Shown here: piece by piece, positions 40,245-50,589 of the stretch
Layout of the letters: each line of letters begins with the position of its first letter
Numbering within the stretch: position 1 is the first letter of the stretch
Assembly: GCA_030390025.1 (NCBI GenBank)
Contig: CM059432.1
Coordinates: 28,832,001-28,896,000, forward strand
Direction of reading: 5' to 3'
Source: Squalus acanthias
Taxonomy: Eukaryota
DNA: 64,000 nucleotides
The notes under the pieces: model-generated
Told to the model about the DNA's origin: nothing
The model's database searches: none
The model's input: only the letters and a program-made list of their open reading frames with translations
Program-made: the position numbers and the translations under genes

Positions 40245-40262
40245 TGGCGCCCAACGTGGGGC
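40245..40262 (+). promoter_or_regulatory. Primer binding site, tRNA-Lys1,2
   Basis: TGGCGCCCAACGTGGGGC, 3 nt after the LTR end; this is the known Lys1,2 PBS (foamy viruses, MPMV, visna). Confidence 0.95.
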
Positions 40263-40389
40263 TCAACTATTAACTGAAACCAGGTCTATTGCGCATAAGG
40301 CAGGTGCTTGGATTTTCGTCTGATCAACGAAGGTCCTTGTGGAAGGTTAGGTTATCAAACAGATAGTGTCTCTTTCACGTACAGTAAGA

Positions 40390-42274
40390 ATGTTGAGTGA
40401 GAATTTTTTTTATAGACTTTAAAAAGTGAAATTAATGAAGAAGTATGAGGATGCACAGTTGCAGACGTTAATAGTAGAATGTCTAACAAAGGATGTGAAA
40501 GTATCTTTCGAGGACGTTGTTGCGTTCATTGAAAAACAAGTTAAGGAGAAGAGATGGAAGCCGGATAGGGCAGAGCAGCTAATGGCTTATGCGGCAGTGT
40601 ATTGTGTAGAACAAGATAAATAAACCTTCCTAGAGATGGAAGATGATCAGGATAAATGAGAAAAAGACAAACTACAAGAGAATCGAACGTTAATGGGCGA
40701 GAAGTCAAAATGGGAGAAAGAAGCTGTAGAGTTAAAAAATAAAGAATGAAGTTCTTCAGGGACTGGTCGGTGCTTCAACAACAATAATGTAGCAACAGAG
40801 TATTAACACAGTTCACGCCGGCGCTGCAATGCAGAATCTTGGAGGCTAAAAGCCAAGTAGCCTTTTTAACAAAAGACCATGACCGTCTGATCAGCCAATG
40901 AAATGATTCACGAGGAGCCCCAAGAAAGGCTCTTCAGCGCCCCCACAGGGAGTTAGACCACCGGCAATGCCAGAATACTATACAACAATTAGAGAAACAG
41001 TTGGGTAAACAACGGGCTGTAATAGCAGCAGTCACGGGAATAGACCCCCCCCGGGAGTTACGATCAACAATGCGAGGGGTTAAGCGGAGAGCTATGTTCT
41101 CCTTTGATATCCCCTTCCCGAGATGCCCCCGTCTCGTATGCCACCATCGACTTGGCTGAGAGGCCCCAGCCTATGCTAATAACAATATCATAAAAACCTC
41201 AGTGGACGAGCCTGCACCTGTTAAAGCCCCGGTTAATGTTCTGACCCGCACCCAGGTGATTCCCAACGCGCCACCAGCACCAGCAGCTGAGGGTGAAGGG
41301 GCACAAGCAGTACCACCAGCGGCAGGCCCCCCGGGAATGCTGTGGGCAGGCACTTATGAACGGTCCCAGCCCCTGAATTATGCAGAACTACAAGCATGCG
41401 TCCAACAATTCGGACCAGTTAACCCACGAACATGCCCTATAGAGCTAAGGCAACGTATAGTGGCATTCCGGAATTACCACCCTAATTTTGAGAACAGTGA
41501 CATGAAAAATGTTATACTGTCTGCCTTGACTCCGGACCAGTCTCCCATTCCTGGCCTTTAATGTGGGAAACACCCTGAATAACTTAATCACATACATACA
41601 AACAGCTCTAGGCTTGGATACTATTGATTTGGTCCAGAAATTAAACCAGACCCAACAAGGGCCTCATGAGACCCCTGCTGCATTCGGGGATTGGTTGTAC
41701 ACTGTTTGAGATGATGCAGGCACGCCCCAATGATGATGTCTTAAACAGGAAGAATGAGGCAGCATTTAAGAAAATATACTTAAAGAATATTCAGACCTCA
41801 CTGCGAGCAGCCTTAGGGCACACTGTCAGCCACAACTCGCAATGGACAGACATTTAAAGAGACGCTAATTCTGCATGGGCCTGCGCTAAAACTCAGGTCC
41901 AGGCACCAACAACAGAAACGCCAGTGAATGTAGTTGAGGGACCCCAGGCCTCTCCAGCGTCAAACCCCCGTAGACAACCGTTCATATGTTATAACTGCGG
42001 GAAGATGGGACACTTTGCGAAGGATTGCCGAGGTCCTAGACAAACAAGCTCTGGAGGTGGGAGGAAGAATAATAATTACCCGCGATATGGTCCGTCCCGT
42101 TCACCCCATCCAGTGGATAGTAGGCTAGACGCCATTGACTCACGTATTGAGAGAATGTCATGTATGATGCAGACACTTGCAGGGACCCAGATGTCAGGGT
42201 GCCCTGTGGCCCCAACTATGAACTCGTTATTCCCGCCTCCACCATTGCCACAACAACTCAATGGCCCACAATGA
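40390..42274 (+). pseudogene. gag: ERV gag (disrupted): charged/coiled-coil N-terminus, capsid-like region, single CCHC zinc knuckle
   Basis: ATG at 40390 in frame with ORF 40426; CYNCGKMGHFAKDC in ORF 41924-42274; multiple stops and frameshifts. Confidence 0.85.
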
Positions 42275-45200
42275 CGGGGTCCGGCCCCATCGGCCTGGTC
42301 GGAAGTGGGGTTCAGTCGAGACGGCCATGGTCGAAAGGTGGTCTCAGCTTTGCTGCCTGGGGGCAGACAGCAGACTGTTAATAGACACTGGGTCATCTGC
42401 ATTCCCCAGACGCCAACTTGAAATAGGCAAAAGTAGCTTCGTCATAACAGGAGTCACCGGTGCACAAGCACCAGTATACCCAGGGGAAGAACTTCGTATT
42501 TCCCTTGAGGCCTTCCCTGTAAAAATTACCGATCCATTGTACATAAGAACATAAGAAATAGGAACAGGAGTAGGCCAATCGGCCCCTCGAGCCCGCTCCG
42601 CCATTTAACAAGATCATGGCTGATCCGATCCTCACCTCAAATCTAAAGAACACAAGAAGTAGGAGCAGGACCCGGCCACTCAGCCCCTGGGCCCGCTATG
42701 CCACCCACAGGGCCTCGACCGATCCGAACTCAACCTCATGTCCAATTTCCTGCCCGCTCCCCGTAACCCCTAATTCCCTTTACTTCTAGGAAACTGTCTA
42801 TTTCTGTTTTAAATTTATTTAATGATGTAGCTTCCACAGCTTCCTGGGGCAGCAAATGCCACAGACCTACTACCCTCTGAGTGAAGAAGTTTCTCCTCAT
42901 CTCAGTTTTGAAAGAGCAGCCCCTTATTCTAAGATTATGCCCCCTAGTTCTAGTTTCACCCATCCTTGGGAACATCCTTACCGCATCCACCCGATCAAGC
43001 CCCTTCACAATCTTATATGTTTCAATAAGATCGCCTCTCATTCTTCTGAACTCCAATGAGTAGAGTCCCAATCTACTCAACCTCTCCTCGTATGTCCACC
43101 CTCTCATCCCGGGGATTAACCGAGTGAACCTTCTTTGTACTGCCTCGAGAGCAAGTATGTCTTTTCTTAAGTATGGACACCAAAACTGTATGCAGTATTC
43201 CAGATGCGGTCTCACCAATACCTTATATAACTGCAGCAATACCTCCCTGTTTTTATAATCTATCCCCCTAGCAATAAAAGCCAACATTCCGTTGGCCTTC
43301 TTGATCACCTGCTGCACCTGCATACTAACTTTTTGATTTTCTTGCACTAGGACCCCCAGATCCCTTTGTACTGCAGTACTTTCCAGTTTCTCGCCATTAA
43401 GATAATAACTTGCTCTCTAATTTTTCCTGCCAAAGTGCATAACCTCACATTTTCCAATATCGTATTGCATCTGCCAATTGTGTATGACAAATAGAATGGG
43501 AATACTTGGGCATGATACCCTAAGGGGAATGACAGCCATTATAGATTACAATCAAAACGGTTTATGGATTGAATCTAAACCGGGAGACAGAGTGCAAATT
43601 TCAGATGCCCACTCGGTGTTAGCTATAAAGAAGCCTGAGCAGATTGCGCTGCCGACACATTCCCTGCCTCCTTAGTGGCTAAACATGTAGCAGCCTTTGC
43701 TAAATCTAAACACAACTGCGGGAGAATGGAAGGGGAAACACGAATTAATGGGCCACCCCATCGTGCATGTAAACAATACCCGATTCCCCGGGAAAATATT
43801 CCATATTTGCGAAGAGTCATTGCCTCATTAGAAGAACAAGGAGTACTGCGCAAAGGTTCGTTTACCACTAATTCCCCTGCATGGCCGGTTAGGAAGCCAG
43901 AAGAATCCTGGAGGCTTACTATTGATTACCGAGCCCTAAACGAAGCTTCCCCACGTCAGAGTCCAACTGTTAGTCAAGCCCCTTCGCTATTGACATCCAT
44001 ACCCACCAAGGCCACTGTCTTCTCTACCCTAGACATAGCGAATGGTATTTGGAGTATTCCAGTTGCCCAGGAGGACCAATACAAATTTGCTTTCACGTTT
44101 GAAGGGCAGGGCTACACGTTTACGTGTTTACTGCAAGGGTTTCATAACTCACCATCAATCTTTCATCAATATATGGCACAAGCAGTTAAAGACTTCTCTA
44201 AACCATCAGCCCTTCTACAGTATTTTGACAACCTGTTCCTTGCTACTGAAACAATGGAAGAACACCTATAACTTCTAGATGAGTTGATAGGGTTAGTACA
44301 GAAGGCAGGGCTGAAAATAAATCCAAAAAAGGCTCAGCTGGCAAAAGATGAGGTTACCTTTCTGGGAGTAAAGATTTCAGCGACTGGCCTCAGTCCGGAC
44401 CATCAAAAAGGTAGAAACTATTCAGAGACTTCCACAGCCAGTTTCAAAGACAGCACTGCGATCCTTTTTAGGCTTGGTTGGATATCAGCGAAATTTTATT
44501 CCGAACTTTGCAGACTTGGCTAAACCTTTGTATGATCTTTTAAAGGGCGATGCGGAAGAAGTACAATCCGTATGGGAAGACCACCATACTGCTGCAGTTA
44601 GTGCCTTGAAACAAGCAACGATGCAGGCTACTGCTCTCATTTCCCCAGCCCAGTCAGCCCTTCCATCTTGAAGTAGGCTCCACCCCTACCAGCCTAACTG
44701 CCATTTTAAGTCAGAACCAAGCAATCAGCGAGACACTACGCCCCATCGCGTATGCCTCACGTATCTTATGAGGGGTAGAAAGCACATTCTCAGCGTGTGA
44801 GCGCCACCTGTTGGCCACATTTTGGGCAGTCAATCATTTTACTTACATCACCGGACTACAGAAAGTGATTTTGCATTCACCACACACGCCCTTTAATCTG
44901 CTGCTAAAACCAAGTGAGACTAAGGTGTCCTCTCAGCGAATCAGTAAATGGACACTTGAATTGTTACAGCGAGACCTGGACATTACTCCTAAACGAACTA
45001 CACTGTTACCCCTTATGCTCGTCTATGAGGGAAACCCACACCAGTGTCCATTACCAGTACTAGATATGGAACCAAACCCGGTAAAGGCTACTGCTATACC
45101 TGGAGCTCGAAATGTGTATGTAGACGGATCATCATACTATGTAGACGGCCATCCTAGAACTGGATGTGCCCTCATTGATATGGACGCTCCCGATTGGTCA

Positions 45201-46873
45201 GTGGGATTCCAGGTTCCCGCCCAACAAGCAGAACCAATTGCTGTAATTCTCGCTGCACACTACACGACTACGGATGAAACTAATATCTGGTCCAACAGCA
45301 GCTACGTTTTCAATGCAGTCATGGTCCTTCCCCTATATATCATACAAATGAGTTTTGCTCATCAGATTGTAAATCTTTATTACATTCTGGTCTCCTCCGT
45401 AAGCTATGGAAAGTGCTCCAGGAGCGAGTCGCCCCTTGTCATGTGGGGAAGGTAGCAGCCCATCAGAAAGATTCATCCCCCCACTCCCGAGGTAACCAAG
45501 CAGCCGATCGCCTTGCTAAAGAGGCTGCCGACAACGGCAATCCATTACCTTGGTGGGTGATGAATGACACTCAGACACCCGTAGTGGGAGCGGTTACCAA
45601 AGTCAAAACCATTGATCTTTTGGCCCTACAGGATTCACACGCTCCCTATGCGCAAGTAATAGCCTGGCATGAACAAGGACGCCCACTACCAGCACCCACC
45701 CCATGGGCAGACTCAACTGAAGTACAACATAGTGCAGTTAAAAACCCTCCCCTGCTCATGGTCAGGAATAAAGAGGGAGACTTAGTAGTTTGTATTCCTC
45801 CCCAATTGAAGAAATTCTGGCCCTCTTCCATTCTTACCTGACAGCGGGACATTACTCAGCAGCCACTACACTACAAAAGTTATTACCTGTTTACTGGTGG
45901 CCTGAAATGGAGCAGCATGTGGAGCAATATGTTAATCGCTGCCTGCCATGCCTATAAACCCTCCTTCATGTTCTAATCGCGCCTTACTTAGGTCGCAGCC
46001 CCCTCCCGAGGGACCATGGACACACCTACAGATTGACTTTATTGGTCCGCTAACAAAATCCAAGGGTAACTAGGAGTACGCGCTCGTTGTAATTGATCAG
46101 TTCACGAAATGGATCGAGGCGTTTCCCCAGAAGAAACAATAAAGCGCGCACTGCTGCCCGAATTCTCCTGAGTGAGGTGTTCTGTAGGTGGGGATTACCA
46201 CCACAAGTGGATAGTGATCAGGGTCCACACTTTACGGGGGCAGTTTTCACAACCCTACAAGAAATGTTATAGATAAAACATAAATTTTACATTGCGCACC
46301 ACCCACAATCATCAGGGATTGTGGAGAGGGGAAATCGGACTCTAAAAACAATGCTGCAGAAGCTGTGTACAGAACACCCCACTCAGTGGACTAACATGTT
46401 ACCCTTATGTTTAATGACAATACGTTCTACCCCACACGGGACTACGAGGGTAAGTCCATATGAGGCTATGACTGGGAGACAAATGCGGATACCAGGACAT
46501 GTAACATTGGGGAATAATACACCATTAAAGTTACAACCTTGTAGCCAAAAATGGTTACAAACCTTGATAGATCATATGGACGAGGTGAACAGGCTAGTGG
46601 CCATTAACATAGGCAAATCGCGTGAACAAATCAAGCGATATTATGATTAAAGGGTAAAATTATTTGAGTATGACGTTGGAGACAGAGTAATGTTACAAAA
46701 TTTCTCTCCAAAAAAAAAACAAACACTCATTCGAGGTAAAATGGACAGGCCCTCATACCATAGTAGATAAATTAAATCCAACTGTGTATCTACTGAATGT
46801 TCCATATGGTCCGAAGGGAGAACCTAAACTGAAATGGTTCCATATCAATCAGATGAAAACTGTTAAGAATTAA
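42275..46873 (+). pseudogene. pol: ERV pol (disrupted): protease, RT, tether RNase H, RNase H, integrase
   Basis: Protease LIDTGS and GILGHD; RT NSPAWPVRK..WRLTIDYRALN, QGFHNSP and YFDN (44221-44232); tether RPIAYASR..CERHLLA; RNase H YVDGSS..GNQAADRLAK; integrase GH..WWPEM..CLPC, LQIDFIGPL, SDQGPHF, HPQSSGIVERGNRTLK, and WTGP/KWFHINQMK at the C-terminus. Confidence 0.93.
42541..43477 (-). mobile_element. Young 5'-truncated CR1 inserted in the ERV protease gene
   Basis: ORF 42736-43347; near-identical to 29546-30477; TTGT duplicated at both junctions. Confidence 0.93.
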
Positions 46874-46906
46874 GATGTTACATTCTGGTCTACCCACAGG
46901 TCAAAG

Positions 46907-49373
46907 ATGTGGCTCTGTATACTGATATTGATGATTGGATGTGCAGTGAGCTCTGCGGAGGTAACAAAAGCTTTTGACATTACCATTAACATCTGTACAC
47001 CGGATGAAGGAGGCGAATGCACCCCACTCCCCATCTATGGAACGGAACTTCAAATCGTTGGCGGACATAAACGATCAAAGAACCATAATGGTTCATCTGA
47101 GACATATTGGGGGGGGGGGTGTTCCGGTTTGGATCAGAAACAGTACAAAAGATAATATAACAACATATGTGATGGGTTGTGGTACACTACAAGGAAAGGT
47201 GTATAGTTGGGAAATAAAAGAAGGATATGGTGTATGCATCAGGTGTGGGATAAGGGACAGCAAAGGCTCAAATGTGTGGAAATTCCGGAAGGAAAATAAT
47301 GGAATCTGGGAACAGGTACAAGAATCAAACCAGGGCCCAGTAGCTTCAGAAAGCAAGGAATATATACAATTATGCTGGCCTCGGTGGTGGAAGAAACATA
47401 CCGGCCAGTATTCTTGTATTGGGTCAAATATTATCATGGGCTTTAAAAATCAGGATGATGATTGGCCTCCTATCCCCGAATATGATATAAAGATTACCTC
47501 AGCAGGAAATTATATTCCCGGAGATGATATAAAGATCACCTCGGCAGAGAATAAACCCTTTGACAACCTTTAAATGTTGGGGAAATTATAGGGATCCCGA
47601 GAATAAAGATAGCAGCATAGTAGAATTCAAAAATGCGTTAACTGGATGTGTAAGGGAAGATGGGTATTTCTATAGTGTTGGGCTCACACCCTATGAGAAA
47701 ACAAACCATTCAGAACCCCAAGAGGGAGTACTCGAGAAACAATGTCCCCATTTAAAACCGGGACCTGGGAATGGTCTTGTAATTATCCCTACCTATAAAG
47801 TAGTGTATCATCAAGTAATCCTGGAAGTGGCCAGTTATGCTCAATTTAACAGAACTAATACTACCAACGTGGTGCCCTGACAAAACAGCACAATTAACTC
47901 AAAGAATGCTGCAGCAGGTTTTTAGCCAATACTGGGAAAAGGCGACTTTGTCGACAAGCATAGAGAAAACAGAAGGGGCTTTCCGCCATGAGCTTAGTAC
48001 CACTCAAGAGGACAGCCAGGGAAAGAGTAGGCGGAGAAGAGGATTGATAAATGATGGGCTCACAGGTTTCAACACAGTATCATCAGTAATTAACTCAATG
48101 GACTCTGCAGATTTACAGAAACAATTACAAACAGTAAGGGAAAAATTGAAGGAGATACTCAGTAAGGAAAATAACATAGTAAGTGAGGAGCTAAGGGAAG
48201 ATCAGGTAATGACCATACACCTGCGGGATATCATACACGAGATAGAGGATCATGCCAAAAGAATTAATGATCTGATTAGAGAAAACAGAAATGCCTTGGA
48301 TCAAGAAGCCCATAATGACGTATGCGTTATGTACGGGAATTGGCTGATTGAACAAACTAGGGAAAACCTTCAGAGCATCAATAAGGGACTTCTCCCCACT
48401 TGGGTCACTAACATCTGTCAGGGCTGTCCAGTTATTACGATGAAAAATTATGTAAGATCAGGAGTTTAATTAGGATCCACCCTGTCAAACACAATGCCAC
48501 GAGGTAGGGAGTCAAAGGTTGATGGGATTAATACTGCAAATTCCTAGTCTAATGAATCAAACCAGGCCCAACCCCCTATTTAGAATAGAAAATATAGGAG
48601 TAGTAAAAGGAAATACTATTAACCGATTTCTCATGGCACCACAATGGTTAGTACAGCTAGAAAAACTAACATGGATTGAACCAAACCTACAAGGATGCAG
48701 TACAAATGAGGATGCCCTGGTTTGCCCATACAGTTTATACGACCATTCAAAAGGACACCTGTGGATATGGTTGGAATAAAGAAAGGTTAAACTGTACTAT
48801 GGAAGTGACAGGCCCCTCAGATGTAAGGACTAGAACAGCCTATGTACGAGAAGGAAAGTATTGTTTTACCACCTTAGAAAACTCTTAGTCACGGAACACT
48901 TGAATGTTCAATAACCCCAGGGACCTACTGTATTACCCCTACAAAGACTATGGTAGTAGGAGGAAGAATTCTCCTCGCAATAGCCTCACATGGCCAACAG
49001 GTACTACAAGTGGAAGATGATTTAAAAATAAATCTAGAAGATTATGTCACTAAATTCGGATATGATATCCCTGAGCTACCTGAAGCATTAACCGAACTAA
49101 TAAATCAAGTGAGTACCTCCCAACGCCATTATTATACACTGGTGCAGGGGAATAAAGCCATAGCCGAGGAGATTCCAGATATCGAGGTCCGGACACACTG
49201 GTGGGAAATATGGAAATATGGAAATCCCTCCTTGGATTAGAATAATTTCCCCTGTACTGGTCATAGCCCAACTCATAGTACTTACATGCTTACTACTATA
49301 CACCTGCTACCTGAAACACCTAATGCACGAAACCCAATCGCGTTTAAATATGATTACAGCCCAGAACATTTAA
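46907..49373 (+). pseudogene. env: ERV env (disrupted): signal peptide, Ig-like module, furin site, heptad-repeat and Cys-rich F-type ectodomain, TM
   Basis: Splice acceptor cccacag|G at 46899; signal peptide MWLCILILMIGCAVSS; RRRR furin site at 48029-48040; TM IISPVLVIAQLIVLTCLLLY at ~49240-49300. Confidence 0.85.
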
Positions 49374-49460
49374 GAGTTACATAAACGTGGGAAGACAAAC
49401 CCATATGTAAGATTTTAGTTTTGAGGGGTCGGCAAATGCCTCGCCCTCAAGGTAGGGATC

Positions 49461-50310
49461 TGTAGTGTACCTGTAGGATTTAGTAAACATTAAGATTCTA
49501 TAACCATTTTATATAACTATAATATGTGAAATTGTAGATTAAAAACCTTAAAGCCTGTAAAAAATAGTGAATGGCTGAGAGAAAAGCAGGATGGGAAATT
49601 ATGCCAACCTGACTAAAAAAAAGTGTTTTTAATTACTGAAGTAATGGAATGTAGTGCTAAGTCTATGGAGACTGGTGGAGATGAGGAATTTGGTAATATT
49701 ATGCTTAGAGATAAGAACCAGAGAGAGAGACAGGAATTGGAGACATCCCTCATTGGTACAGCTATAGGATGGACAGACTGTTTAGACAACATCTTGAGAA
49801 ATGGTCTGTGAAAAGTGAACATCTAAAGATAAGGGCACTTTGTTATGCACAGAGAAAGACCTAGTGGGTTTAACAAGGTCATAAGATGTCATAAGATGGC
49901 TAACGAGGGAAACGAGACATTTACCAGGTGTCAGAGGGTTAATTACTGCCATGTAGGCAAAACGAGAGGAAAAAGGGTATAAAGATACAGGTTTTGAACA
50001 CCGATTGTAGCACACCACGTAACCAGAGTTTGAGAAGCTTCAGTCAACAGAACACAGCAAGAACCCAGAGAAGCGAGCTTGAGTCAACAGAACATAGCAA
50101 GACACAGCAGGAGACTTGCGCCACAGTCACTCGGAAGGAACGCCGGGGTTTGAACGAACAGACTGTGACTATCTTCTTGTTAAGTATTACTTCTTTGTAC
50201 TGGATGTTTAATGCTTAATAAACCTGTCTTACTTATACACAATATACCTGTACCCAGAGTATAGTGTTTGTGTAGTCACGGACAAATTATAAGAGCTTTT
50301 GAAAGCTACA
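49461..50310 (+). repeat. 3' LTR
   Basis: TGTAG...CTACA termini (5-bp inverted repeat); preceded by the purine-rich aaggtaggga (PPT); AATAAA at 50217-50222. Confidence 0.95.
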
Positions 50311-50589
50311 CGTGTGCATGCTATGAAGGACATACCTACACAATATTCCACATTGTCGGCTAGATGCCAATGTCCTAGCCGAACTGAAATAGCTCGTTTT
50401 GATGTGCAGGTCTTCAGCACACCAGTCTGGAGATTGTCAGCACCCACACCCTTCAACTGTTTCCACTCCACTCCAGCCACATCTTAAAGTCATGTGGGGT
50501 GAACAGCATAAACTAGACACTGGCATCTATGATGGAGGAGACCTCGGGAGCAGTATGAGCAAGATCATCCACTGGCACTTAGCTAAAGA

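Larger units (their letters stand above)
39354..50310 (+). mobile_element. Full-length decayed endogenous retrovirus (lokiretrovirus-like): LTR-PBS-gag-pol-env-PPT-LTR
   Basis: Paired ~850-890 bp LTRs, tRNA-Lys PBS, CCHC gag, PR-RT-RH-RH-IN pol order and an env with signal peptide, furin site and TM. Confidence 0.93.

Noticed and set aside
39354..50310. Calling the ERV a true foamy virus because of the Lys1,2 PBS and RT motifs
   Set aside because: The CCHC gag, recognisable Gypsy-like tether, F-like env and lack of accessory ORFs between env and the 3' LTR do not fit spumaviruses.
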